64,000 nucleotides of DNA from Verrucomicrobiota bacterium (GTDB taxonomy: Bacteria; Verrucomicrobiota; Verrucomicrobiia; Limisphaerales; UBA1100): contig JASLKQ010000001.1 of assembly GCA_030747505.1 (NCBI GenBank), positions 30,571 through 94,570 on the forward strand, written 5' to 3'. The notes under the pieces are model-generated. The model was not told the DNA's origin and made no database searches. It saw only the letters and a list, made by a program, of their open reading frames with translations. A program made the position numbers and the translations under genes. Numbering within the stretch: position 1 is the stretch's first letter; each line of letters starts with the position of its first letter. Shown piece by piece: positions 24,123-33,208 of this stretch.

Positions 24123-25103
24123 ATGTCATCAACACCGCAAAAAAACCGGGAATGGGCGGACCTCTTGCAGGGGGCGTTGAAAATTCCAGACCGCTGGCAA
24201 GTGTTGCCTCATGAAATCGTTTTTATGCTGTTCATGGGAGCAGTCTGGGTTCGAGTAGGCTTGGCTTCTGGGTTTTCCCAGTCCAGTGCCGTTCAGTTTC
24301 TTCTATATCTTCTTTCACTTTTTTGGGTAATCGGTTGGTGTCAGGTTCGCCCGACACCCTATCGTTGGCGATTGCGGCTTTTGTTTACTCTGGCTATCAG
24401 CACTTTGTGCTACTTTTCCCTATCTGCAGCGGTCCCGCTTATGCATAACCCGAGTGGGATGGGGACACTCAACTGGCATCAGGACGCCGTATTAAGTCAA
24501 TGGGATGCCCTTTGGCTGGGAGATATGCCTCGTAGACTCATGCTGCTGGCTCCTCCCAATTGGGTGACGGATATCTTCATGGCCTGCTATCTGTTCTTCT
24601 TCTATTACATCGTTGGGGGACTTTTGTATTATTGCCTCAAGGAATTAAACAAGTTCCGCATTATAGTGGTTGGTTTCTGCACGGTGTACGCATTGGGCTA
24701 CGTAGGTTACATGTTGATGCCCGCAGTTGGTCCCGTAGATGAGTTAGGCTCTCGTGCTGGCGGGTGGTTGACCAATGCAGGAGGCAGGATTATTGCTGAA
24801 CGCGGCAATGGAGTGGATGTTTTTCCGAGCATTCACATGGCGGCTTCTCTTTATTTGCTTATGTTTGATTTTGAGCATCGACGTACTCATTTCTGGTGGG
24901 TGTTGGCGCCGACCGTGGGTTTGTGGATCTCCACGGTCTATCTGCGTTATCATTATGGAGTGGACCTGATCGCCGGCATAATTTTGGCGTTGAGCTGTGT
25001 TTGGTTGGTGCGTTGGTTTGCTCAGTCGCGCCTGTGTGCTGATGTCGAAGCAGAATGTGAGGCACATGGCAGGCAATCTGCACAGATTCATAATGAAGGA
25101 TAG
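24123..25103 (+). CDS. PAP2-superfamily integral membrane protein (PAP2_C / phosphoinositol-ceramide-synthase-like motif)
   Basis: Multiple TM segments. 'FPSIHMAASL' and 'YLRYHYGVDLIAG' match the SxH ... HYxxD pattern. The start is taken at ATG 24123; the track start is GTG 24066. Confidence 0.55.
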   Translation: MSSTPQKNREWADLLQGALKIPDRWQVLPHEIVFMLFMGAVWVRVGLASGFSQSSAVQFLLYLLSLFWVIGWCQVRPTPYRWRLRLLFTLAISTLCYFSLSAAVPLMHNPSGMGTLNWHQDAVLSQWDALWLGDMPRRLMLLAPPNWVTDIFMACYLFFFYYIVGGLLYYCLKELNKFRIIVVGFCTVYALGYVGYMLMPAVGPVDELGSRAGGWLTNAGGRIIAERGNGVDVFPSIHMAASLYLLMFDFEHRRTHFWWVLAPTVGLWISTVYLRYHYGVDLIAGIILALSCVWLVRWFAQSRLCADVEAECEAHGRQSAQIHNEG

Positions 25104-25148
25104 AGGATGTTTTCCGGTGGGCTGGGTCAAAACAGTTCGGTTTCCCCT

Positions 25149-26249
25149 ATGATTATTGGAGTGCCACGAGAAGTTAAGGCTGATGAGTATCGTGTCGGTC
25201 TTTTGCCTTCCGCAGCATATCAACTCGCGCAGCGCGGTCATCGCGTGGTGGTGGAAGTTGGCGCGGGTGATGGGAGTGGTTATCATGATGCAGACTACGT
25301 TGAGGCTGGAGCGATACTCCTTGAAAGCCCAGAGTCGGTCTTTTCGGAGGCAGAACTCATAGTAAAGGTAAAGGAGCCTCAACCTGAAGAGGTGCCACTG
25401 TTGCAAGCAGAGCAGATGCTCTTCACATATCTCCATCTTGCGCCTTCGTCTGAGTTAACACAATCACTGCTAGACTGTAAGTGCACCGCCATCGCTTATG
25501 AGACTATTGAGGTGAATGGCCATTTGCCATTACTGGAACCGATGAGTGAAATTGCCGGCCGTATGTCGGTAATTGTTGGGGGCTATTTTTTGGCGAAACA
25601 TCACGGAGGTAGTGGGATTCTGTTGGGGGGAGTGCCCGGGGTTTTACCAGGGAAAGTGGTGGTACTTGGAGGAGGTGTGAGTGGGGTGAACGCTGCGCGC
25701 ATGGCTACAGGCCTGGGGGCGGATGTCACCATCCTTGAAGTGGATGTTGAACGTATGCGCTTTCTGGATATCACCCTACACTCGGCTCATACACTATACT
25801 CAGATCAGGCTCATCTTATGGAGCTTCTTCCACGGGTTGATTTGCTCATTGGGGCTGTGCTCGTGCCAGGGGCCAAGGCCCCCCGCCTCATTACCCGACA
25901 GATGCTTCAAGTCATGCGGCCCGGCAGTGTGCTGGTGGATATTGCCATCGACCAAGGGGGATGCGCTGAGACCAGTCGTCCCACCACACATCACAACCCT
26001 GTTTATGTTGAGGAAGGAGTGACTCATTATTGTGTGACCAATATGCCTGGGGCTTATGCCCGCACGGCAACGCAGGCACTCACAAACGTGACTTTTCCCT
26101 ATGTGGAACTCATTGCTGATCGTGGTTTAGGTTCAGCTTGTGAAGCCAGGCCTGAACTACGGGGGGGCATCAACGTGATGAATGGAATGGTCACCTGCCC
26201 TGCAGTTGCTGAGGCTCATGGCATGGAATGGGTCCCGCTGGAGCTATAA
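25149..26249 (+). CDS. ald: alanine dehydrogenase
   Basis: '[21 protein letters not shown]', the Rossmann motif '[16 protein letters not shown]' and '[10 protein letters not shown]'. The start is taken at ATG 25149. Confidence 0.9.
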   Translation: MIIGVPREVKADEYRVGLLPSAAYQLAQRGHRVVVEVGAGDGSGYHDADYVEAGAILLESPESVFSEAELIVKVKEPQPEEVPLLQAEQMLFTYLHLAPSSELTQSLLDCKCTAIAYETIEVNGHLPLLEPMSEIAGRMSVIVGGYFLAKHHGGSGILLGGVPGVLPGKVVVLGGGVSGVNAARMATGLGADVTILEVDVERMRFLDITLHSAHTLYSDQAHLMELLPRVDLLIGAVLVPGAKAPRLITRQMLQVMRPGSVLVDIAIDQGGCAETSRPTTHHNPVYVEEGVTHYCVTNMPGAYARTATQALTNVTFPYVELIADRGLGSACEARPELRGGINVMNGMVTCPAVAEAHGMEWVPLEL

Positions 26250-26310
26250 GACTCCATTACTTTGGCTCGCGGACGAAAGCGAGCAGAAGCACTTCCTGTT
26301 GTCTTGCTTA

Positions 26311-26898
26311 TCATATATCCAGTCCGTGATTATAAACTTTTTCCAATTGACCTGCTTTTGATAGCTCAATCGGGCTGATTACTTGTTGATCCAGAGGTAC
26401 CGGTGCGTTGTTGTATTTCTCGATTGTCGCGCGGTAAGGTTTCCAGTTCATATCTCCCACCCTCGTGAGTTTGCCCATTTCCTGACCTGTGGAACTCATC
26501 CAAGCATGGTAGACCAGCCAAGAACAGTACAGCTTGTCTTCAGAAAGTTCATATTTGAAATCATAGGGTTTGCCTATATGTGCTTCGAGCTCTGTCCGGA
26601 ACTGTGGAATATGTTCCCGATACGCGGCCTTGAGACGATATGCTGCCCAGCGTTCGTTGCGACCCTTGATCTTCCATTCTTCAAAGGGAGTGTAAATTAC
26701 ACCGGGTCGGCTCGCTTCAATCACTGTCCATATCCCATCGCGATTGAGCAGCACTCCCACGTGTGAGTAGTTTGATTCAGTGACGCCTTCAATAGCCTCA
26801 ATTAAGTCATCATCCAGCGGCAAAGCCTGAAAGATCAGATCACCTTCCTCCGGTTGATATCTTTTTGATTTACTCGACTTATTTGATTGCAGATCCAT
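26311..26898 (-). CDS. YiiX/YaeF-family permuted papain-like (NlpC/P60-related) enzyme
   Basis: 'EEGDLIFQ', 'YSHVGVLL' and 'KPYDF.....DKLYCSWLVYHAW' match my recollection of the permuted His...Cys arrangement in the YiiX family. Confidence 0.55.
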   Translation of the reverse strand: MDLQSNKSSKSKRYQPEEGDLIFQALPLDDDLIEAIEGVTESNYSHVGVLLNRDGIWTVIEASRPGVIYTPFEEWKIKGRNERWAAYRLKAAYREHIPQFRTELEAHIGKPYDFKYELSEDKLYCSWLVYHAWMSSTGQEMGKLTRVGDMNWKPYRATIEKYNNAPVPLDQQVISPIELSKAGQLEKVYNHGLDI

Positions 26899-26975
26899 TA
26901 TTACTGAATAATAAGGAAAAAAAATTCATCTGGGCCAATCGATAATAGATGGCAGAAAATCGATTGAATCAATGT

Positions 26976-28496
26976 TTAGGTCCAAATCTGACGATCCAGT
27001 GTGCGATACTGGATGGCTTCCGAGACATGTTCAGTTTTGAGTGATTCAGCCCCATTCAAGTCCGCAATGGTTCTTGAAACTTTTAGTATTCGGTCATACG
27101 CACGGGCACTTAAGGTGAGTTCCTCCATGGCTGCACGTAAGAGATCGCGCGTCTCCTTATCCATGGTGCAGTACTTTTTTATATCCTTCGGTTGCATTCT
27201 GGCATTGCAGGTAGGGTTGCCTTTCCAACGTCTGTATTGCTGGCCACGTGCTTCCATAACACGCTTACGGATCTCTTTACTCGGTTCGCCTTCAGTCTCG
27301 GCGTCCAGTTCGCGGAAATTCACTGGCGGCACCTCCACATGCAGGTCGATTCGGTCCAGTAAAGGTCCTGAAATTCGGCCAAGGTAATTTTGTATTTCAC
27401 GTGGACTACTACGGCTTTCGTCAGGCATTTTGCCGTCTGGAGTGGGGTTCATGGCAGCTATGAGCATGAATTCAGCAGGAAAGGTCATCGTGCCAGCAGC
27501 CCGACTGATCGTTACATGCCCCTCCTCCAACGGTTGTCGCATTGTTTCCAGGACACCGCGGCGAAACTCAGGCAACTCGTCCAGAAACATTACGCCATGA
27601 TGCGAAAGTGAAATTTCGCCCGGGGAGGGGTTGATACTTCCCCCCAAGAGGCCTGCATCACTGGCGGTGTGGTGAGGAGAGCGGAATGGACGCTGGGAGA
27701 CCAACGCCTGATGAGGCTTTAATAGGCCCGCTACACTGTGAATCCGTGTGGTTTCAAGTGCTTCATTGAGTGTGAGAGGGGGCAGGATTGACCTCAAACG
27801 TTGAGCGAGCATGCTTTTCCCGGTACCGGGAGGACCGATAAGAATGAGGTTATGCCCCCCAGCCGCTGCAATTTCCAGGGCACGCTTTACTGTCTCCTGC
27901 CCTTTTACTTCATTGAAATCGTGCTCAGTATCGACTTGGTTTTCAAATATTGCCTTGGTGTTGATGAGCGTGGGAGTGATGAGAGAGGTTCCTGACAAAA
28001 AGCTGGCTGCTTCACGTAGGTTTTTGACGGCGATGACTTCAAGTCCATCAACCACGGCCGCCTCTGCGGCGTTATCATCAGGAACAAGAATGCCGAGTCG
28101 GTCTTGCGCCTTTGCCATGAGTGCAATTGGTAGCACTCCCTTGACGCGTCTGATTTCACCGGTCAAGGCAAGTTCACCGATAATCGTGTAATCTTCAGAA
28201 AACTCTCCATTACTTTGTTGGTTGGCAATTAGCCAGGCTAGGGCAATCGCCAAATCAAAGCTCGGTCCTTCCTTGCGAAGATCAGCAGGCGCAAGATTGA
28301 TGGTGGTTTTGCCTGGTGGCAGGCGATAACCGGAACTAGTGAGGGCGGTAGAGACACGTTCAACGGACTCTCGCACTGCCGCATCGGGTAATCCCACGAC
28401 GACAATCCGTTCTTCTCCGGGCCCCACATGCACCTCTACTTCGACAGGCAGGGCGTCAACGCCACGTAAAGCCGCCGCATGAACCCTGGAGAGCAT
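26976..28496 (-). CDS. comM: YifB/ComM family Mg-chelatase-like AAA+ ATPase
   Basis: 'MLSRVHAAALRGVDALPVEVEV', Walker A 'GPPGTGKSMLA', 'GVMFLDELPEF' and the C-terminal 'SARAYDRILKVSRTIADL'. Confidence 0.9.
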   Translation of the reverse strand: MLSRVHAAALRGVDALPVEVEVHVGPGEERIVVVGLPDAAVRESVERVSTALTSSGYRLPPGKTTINLAPADLRKEGPSFDLAIALAWLIANQQSNGEFSEDYTIIGELALTGEIRRVKGVLPIALMAKAQDRLGILVPDDNAAEAAVVDGLEVIAVKNLREAASFLSGTSLITPTLINTKAIFENQVDTEHDFNEVKGQETVKRALEIAAAGGHNLILIGPPGTGKSMLAQRLRSILPPLTLNEALETTRIHSVAGLLKPHQALVSQRPFRSPHHTASDAGLLGGSINPSPGEISLSHHGVMFLDELPEFRRGVLETMRQPLEEGHVTISRAAGTMTFPAEFMLIAAMNPTPDGKMPDESRSSPREIQNYLGRISGPLLDRIDLHVEVPPVNFRELDAETEGEPSKEIRKRVMEARGQQYRRWKGNPTCNARMQPKDIKKYCTMDKETRDLLRAAMEELTLSARAYDRILKVSRTIADLNGAESLKTEHVSEAIQYRTLDRQIWT

Positions 28497-28553
28497 GAGA
28501 CAATCTAGTGCAATTTATATATTACGCCATGAAAAGTTGGCGGAATATGAAAG

Positions 28554-28643
28554 TGGCGGAGGGGGCGGGATTCGAACCCGCGGTAGGGGTTAACCTACGC
28601 ACGCTTTCCAAGCGTGTGCCTTCGACCACTCAGCCACCCCTCC
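28554..28643 (-). tRNA. tRNA-Ser (anticodon GGA), encoded CCA
   Basis: The reverse complement reads GGAGGGGTGGCTGAGTGGTCGAAGGCACACGCTTGGAAAGCGTGCGTAGGTTAACCCCTACCGCGGGTTCGAATCCCGCCCCCTCCGCCA. It has a 7-bp acceptor stem, the anticodon loop TTGGAAA, a long variable arm and GTTCGAATC in the T-loop. Confidence 0.9.
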
Positions 28644-28736
28644 TGAAAAAGCGGAGTTTGGCCAAGAGTAATCAGGCAAGCAAGGTTTTCCTAGGACTTC
28701 AGCCTTGATTCGGTTCCCATTAGGGCGTTTCAATCA

Positions 28737-29636
28737 ATGACTGTGTCTACACCCGGCATGAAAAAGTGCCCGTGCCTGTCCTGCGGCGAGCATATAGAGT
28801 ACCCTTCAGAATACGAGGGGATGAAGTTTGCTTGTCCTCATTGCGGACAGGCTACACTGTTGAAAACGTCAGCAGCCTCAACAGTTAAGCTTCCCGAATC
28901 TGCTGTTCCAGCGCCCCCGGCGATGGGTTCTATGTCGCCTACTTCCACGACTCTAGCGCCCCCCCCTATGGGGAGCATGTCTTTGTCTTCAGCGGATGCA
29001 TCTGCGGTGCCAGATCCATCCTCTTCACCGGACCAAGAGTCCGATCCGTGTGTTTGCGAAAATTGCGGGGCGGCTATGGTGACGGAAGATAAAGTATGTG
29101 TGGAATGCGGTCACCGTCGACCTTCAGTCAGTAAATGGAACGGAACAGCGGTATTCAGGTTGATGGCTTGGATTTTGCTATTGGTAGAGTTGGCGGTTTT
29201 GGGCCTTCAATGGACGACGGAGGGCGAACCTTTTGGCTTGCGTAAACGTACACGACACGCCGTTTTGGTGAAATTGGGTTTCGAAGAGGAGGCTGTAAAG
29301 CCATCTGAAGGTGGAACCAACGGGGTGCCGATGACTGCTACGGCAACGGTCAAGGATTCCGATCTAAAACTAAAAAGCCATGCAATTGAAACGGACAAGG
29401 ACAATGGAACGCTTTGGATTAAAGGAGTTGTGGAGAATATATCGCAGTACCGATATTTGGGATTGCGCGTGAGGTTTGATCTTAAGAATGCTGCCGGGAA
29501 TGTTATTCCTGATGGAGAAGTTTCAGCTTACCATCAATCATTAGAGCCAGGCAAAGAATGGACCTTCAAGGTGTTGTTACTGGATCCTGAAGCAACCGAT
29601 TATGTTCCCATCTTGCCGATTAAAGGGGTCCGATAG
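28737..29636 (+). CDS. hypothetical membrane protein: zinc ribbons, Pro/Ser-rich linker, TM helix, C-terminal FxLYD-like beta domain
   Basis: 'CPCLSCGEHIEYPSEYEGMKFACPHCGQ' and 'CENCGAAM...CVECGH'. TM segment 'VFRLMAWILLLVELAVLGL'. C-terminal 'LWIKGVVENISQYRYLGLRVRFDLKNAAGNVI..GEV......LEPGKEWTFKV'. Confidence 0.45.
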   Translation: MTVSTPGMKKCPCLSCGEHIEYPSEYEGMKFACPHCGQATLLKTSAASTVKLPESAVPAPPAMGSMSPTSTTLAPPPMGSMSLSSADASAVPDPSSSPDQESDPCVCENCGAAMVTEDKVCVECGHRRPSVSKWNGTAVFRLMAWILLLVELAVLGLQWTTEGEPFGLRKRTRHAVLVKLGFEEEAVKPSEGGTNGVPMTATATVKDSDLKLKSHAIETDKDNGTLWIKGVVENISQYRYLGLRVRFDLKNAAGNVIPDGEVSAYHQSLEPGKEWTFKVLLLDPEATDYVPILPIKGVR

Positions 29637-29692
29637 CACTAGCATAGATTGTTGACCCCAATTTATCCGGTCCCTACGCTTACGCGTGATAG

Positions 29693-31918
29693 ATGGAATC
29701 TCTGCTGAAAAATCCCCGTGTATTGATTGCTGCAGCTCTATTGGCCGGGGTTATTGCCATCTTGGTTTATTCTGGGGCCGATGACGGAGGAAATGAGGAC
29801 AGACCGCAGACTTCCGGGCATCAAAAGATGCTTGCGAAGCTGGCCGTCATTGCAACTGATAGTGACAATGTTTTTTTCGGTGACGCATCTATTAATCGTG
29901 CTCGTGCACAACTTCTAAGTGTCCGTCCCGGCGATCCTCAGGAAATCGGCTTGAGATTTGGTTTGGGAGCCAATGAATTACGAAGAGGAGAGACAGAAGC
30001 GGCGATTGAGCTGCTACAAGAATGTTATGATTTGCTCACCAAAGCATCTCATACAATCCCGCCAGAAGTGCGCACTCAGGTACGTAAAACAACCACCTTC
30101 CTACTGGCGGTAGCCTACCTGCGTTTGGGAGAAAACGAAAACTGCGTTGATTGCCACACTAGTGAGAGCTGTATTTTCCCGCTCAAAGGGGGAGGAATTC
30201 ACGAAAAACGGAAAGGGTCACAGAAAGCTATTCCTTATCTGGAGGAAGTATTGGCCCTCGCTCCGGATGATGCGGCGGCACGGTGGCTCCTGAATCTGGC
30301 GCACATGACCTTGGGATCCTACCCCAAGTCGGTTCCTGAGAAATATTTGATGAGGCCTGAACTATTTGACTCCGATGAAGACTTTCCACGCTTTACCAAT
30401 ATTGCCAAGCGGGTTGGTTTGAATACCTTTAGCCTCTGTGGAGGAGCGATATCCGATGATTTTAACGGGGATGGATTATTGGATATTGTTGCCTCCAACT
30501 GGGGTCCCAAGGGGCAATTGAGATATTTCATTAATACTGGTAAGGGAAAGTTCATTGACCGAACTGAAAAAGCCGGTCTCACCGGTTTGTATGGTGGATT
30601 AAACATCAACCAAACCGATTACAATAATGATGGTTATCCGGATATTTATGTAATGCGCGGGGCATGGCTCGGTGAGCAGGGCAAACATCCTAATTCGCTG
30701 ATTCGTAATGATGGAAATGGAACCTTTACCGACGTCACTTTTGAAGCGGGCTTGGCCAGTGATAATTTTCCCACACAAACCGCTTCCTGGGCTGATTACG
30801 ATAATGATGGGTTATTGGATTTGTATGTGGGGAATGAAGTTATCGGCGAAACCCCTGTCCCTTCGCAGCTTTTTCATAATAACGGGGATGGAACCTTCAC
30901 TGACGTGGCAGAACAAGCAGGGGTGCAAAATAATCGTTATGCTAAGGCAGTGATTTGGGGTGATTACGACAATGACAATGATCCAGACTTGTACGTTTCC
31001 AACTACGGGGAGCCGAACCGATTATACCAAAATCATGGCGATGGCACCTTTAGTGATGTGGCTCCAGCCTTGGGTGTTGATCGCCCTATTTGGAGTTTCC
31101 CTGCTTGGTTCTGGGATTTTAATAATGACGGTGCGCTTGATATTTTTGTATCGAGTTACGAAATCCCTGATGGCACCGGATTGGTGGCTAAGAGTTATCT
31201 TGGACTCCCTTTCGAAGCGGAAACTTTATGCCTATATCAGGGTGACGGAAAAGGAGGATTTAAGGAAGTGGCTCGAGAACAGAAACTGACCCAGCTTTCA
31301 CTCCCGATGGGTTCCAATTTTGGCGATCTGGATAATGACGGATTTCCAGATTTTTATTTGGGAACCGGTTATCCGAATTATGAGGCGCTGATGCCCAATC
31401 TGATGTATCACAATCAGAGAGGCAATAGCTTTGCTGATGTTACCACAGCCGGGGGGTTCGGCCATTTGCAGAAGGGTCACGCGGTAGTGTTTGCAGACCT
31501 GGATAATGACGGGGACCAAGATGTGTTTGAGCAAGTGGGAGGAGCCTATCCCGGCGATGGGTTCGTGGATGTGCTTTTCGAAAACCCGGGTTTTAAAAAC
31601 CATTGGATTAAACTTAAATTAATTGGAATCAAATCAAACCGGGCAGGCATTGGTGCGCGAATCCGGGTTGAGATCACTGAAGCTGGCAAGAAACGTTCGG
31701 TTTATTGCCATGTCAATAGTGGTGGCAGTTTCGGGGCCAGTCCGCTCCGCAAAGAAATCGGGATAGGCAAGTCCGAGTCCATTGATCTATTGGAAATACA
31801 TTGGCCAACCAGTGGTATAACCCAGACCTTTTATGATGTTCCAGTTGATGTGTGTTTGGACATTCAAGAGGGCGAAAATAAATACAAGGTCTTTTTTCTG
31901 CCCAGAATTAAGTTTTAG
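29693..31918 (+). CDS. CRTAC1-family protein (TPR-like N-terminus, FG-GAP/VCBS repeats, ASPIC/UnbV C-terminal domain)
   Basis: Repeated 'DFNGDGLLDI', 'DYNNDGYPDIY', 'DYDNDGLLDLYV', 'DYDNDNDPDLYV', 'DLDNDGFPDFY' and 'DLDNDGDQDV'. C-terminal 'NRAGIGARIRVE......VNSGGSFGASPL..EIGIG....IDLLEIHWP'. Confidence 0.8.
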   Translation: MESLLKNPRVLIAAALLAGVIAILVYSGADDGGNEDRPQTSGHQKMLAKLAVIATDSDNVFFGDASINRARAQLLSVRPGDPQEIGLRFGLGANELRRGETEAAIELLQECYDLLTKASHTIPPEVRTQVRKTTTFLLAVAYLRLGENENCVDCHTSESCIFPLKGGGIHEKRKGSQKAIPYLEEVLALAPDDAAARWLLNLAHMTLGSYPKSVPEKYLMRPELFDSDEDFPRFTNIAKRVGLNTFSLCGGAISDDFNGDGLLDIVASNWGPKGQLRYFINTGKGKFIDRTEKAGLTGLYGGLNINQTDYNNDGYPDIYVMRGAWLGEQGKHPNSLIRNDGNGTFTDVTFEAGLASDNFPTQTASWADYDNDGLLDLYVGNEVIGETPVPSQLFHNNGDGTFTDVAEQAGVQNNRYAKAVIWGDYDNDNDPDLYVSNYGEPNRLYQNHGDGTFSDVAPALGVDRPIWSFPAWFWDFNNDGALDIFVSSYEIPDGTGLVAKSYLGLPFEAETLCLYQGDGKGGFKEVAREQKLTQLSLPMGSNFGDLDNDGFPDFYLGTGYPNYEALMPNLMYHNQRGNSFADVTTAGGFGHLQKGHAVVFADLDNDGDQDVFEQVGGAYPGDGFVDVLFENPGFKNHWIKLKLIGIKSNRAGIGARIRVEITEAGKKRSVYCHVNSGGSFGASPLRKEIGIGKSESIDLLEIHWPTSGITQTFYDVPVDVCLDIQEGENKYKVFFLPRIKF

Positions 31919-32075
31919 CCGCATAATCGCTCGTTTACCGTAAAGGCCGCCGGGTTCCAAGTTTCGGTCCTTCGATTACAAAATGAGGTAATATTTACAG
32001 TTCGCTATTTTCAAGAATTCTGTGTTATTAGTTAATGCTAAGTGAGTTAATCACTCTATTAGAGATATATTTTTT

Positions 32076-32717
32076 ATGGAAAGCGAAAGTCAACCGGAGA
32101 GTAGTGTCATTAAATTGTGGAATCCCAATGCGGCAGCTAATTTGGCTATTTTATTCAGCCCAATTTTCAGTGCCTGGCTTATGGCGAAAAACTGGCACGA
32201 GCTAGGCAAGCCAGATGAGGCCAAGAAATCCATGATGTGGGTAAAAATCTGGATCGGATTTTTGCCTGTATATCTCCTTGTTGCTGTGCTGGCTCCCGAC
32301 ATTCCCGTAATATTTGTATACTTAATTCTGTTGGTTGCCTGGTACTATAAGCTCGGGAAAAAGCAAATAACATATGTAAAAGAAGCAGGTATTCAGTACG
32401 AAAAGAAGGCATGGGGAAAACCAGTGTTGATCGCGCTTGCCGCCACAGTGATATGGTTTATGGCCGCTGCAGCAGTCGGCGGCGCTGCGGCATTGGCAAA
32501 TCCCCCTAAAGAGATGATGCAGGCGGCTGCTCTCCCTGTAGTTAACCAACTTGCATTACAGACAGGAATAAACGCGACTTGCTCATCGGTCGTCATTACG
32601 GGCGAATCTTCCAAGGGAGTATACGATGCGGTAGCCACTATGAGTGATGGAAGTACCCTTAAGATTCAACTTGTGCTCAAGGGCCAGCAGTTACTCGTTA
32701 ATCTCCTTCCTCAGTGA
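32076..32717 (+). CDS. hypothetical membrane protein
   Basis: 213-aa ORF with 3-4 TM segments, preceded by an AT-rich 157-bp spacer. No family assigned. Confidence 0.4.
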   Translation: MESESQPESSVIKLWNPNAAANLAILFSPIFSAWLMAKNWHELGKPDEAKKSMMWVKIWIGFLPVYLLVAVLAPDIPVIFVYLILLVAWYYKLGKKQITYVKEAGIQYEKKAWGKPVLIALAATVIWFMAAAAVGGAAALANPPKEMMQAAALPVVNQLALQTGINATCSSVVITGESSKGVYDAVATMSDGSTLKIQLVLKGQQLLVNLLPQ

Positions 32718-32732
32718 ACAATCATTAGAGCC

Positions 32733-33077
32733 ATGGGAGATGCGGGGAAAGAACCCTCCGGAGCGTCGAAGGTCTGTAAGGTTGGCATGGCTTCCTGCGT
32801 TTTGGGAGTGGTTAGCGGTATAGGTATATTTGTAAATTTCCTGATAACTGCAGTCGTTGTGTTAACCGATAGTACGCCTAACATGATTGTCGTAGGCGCG
32901 TCTGGTATTGTATGGGTTGTCTTTGCTGGCTTCTCTCTTGTTGGAATTATTGCCGGGATTTATTCATGTCTGGAGAAGGGAAAATCAAGGGTTCCCGCGG
33001 TAGTAGGAATTGGAGTTAACGCACTGGTTCTGTTATTTACGATAGTAATTATGACGGTCGGTATTCTAAATAAATAA
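32733..33077 (+). CDS. hypothetical small membrane protein (4 predicted TM segments)
   Basis: 114-aa hydrophobic ORF that starts 15 nt after the previous gene. Confidence 0.4.
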   Translation: MGDAGKEPSGASKVCKVGMASCVLGVVSGIGIFVNFLITAVVVLTDSTPNMIVVGASGIVWVVFAGFSLVGIIAGIYSCLEKGKSRVPAVVGIGVNALVLLFTIVIMTVGILNK

Positions 33078-33081
33078 GGAA

Positions 33082-33157
33082 TGGTGGAGCCATGGAGAAT
33101 CGAACTCCAGACCTCGTCATTGCGAACGACGCGCTCTACCAACTGAGCTATGACCCC
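33082..33157 (-). tRNA. tRNA-Ala (anticodon CGC), encoded CCA
   Basis: The reverse complement reads GGGGTCATAGCTCAGTTGGTAGAGCGCGTCGTTCGCAATGACGAGGTCTGGAGTTCGATTCTCCATGGCTCCACCA. It has the anticodon loop TTCGCAA and the G3:U70 wobble pair, which is the Ala identity element. Confidence 0.9.
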
Positions 33158-33208
33158 ACAAAGGTGTACCTTCACTACAACCCCTGTCCTCCCATCGCAA
33201 GCGCAAAG

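Noticed and set aside
26265-26284. A GCTCGC-n8-GCGAGC hairpin lies between the convergent ald and yiiX-like genes, as a possible bidirectional terminator.
   Set aside because: The stem is only 6 bp and there is no flanking T- or A-run, so confidence is low and it is not annotated.
28508-28708. A 66-aa + strand ORF.
   Set aside because: It is almost entirely the antisense of tRNA-Ser(GGA) at 28554-28643, so it is an artefact of the ORF finder.
32960-33175. A 71-aa minus-strand ORF ('...[18 protein letters not shown]...').
   Set aside because: It reads through tRNA-Ala(CGC) at 33082-33157 and the 3' end of the small membrane protein gene. The peptide is typical of a translated tRNA.
33158-33208. 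I looked for an integrase, transposase or att-type direct repeat next to the tRNA-Ala and tRNA-Ser genes, as evidence of a prophage or integrative element.
   Set aside because: No recombinase-like ORF occurs anywhere in the window. I saw no duplicate of the tRNA 3' ends. The island's far end is outside the window, so mobility cannot be claimed.
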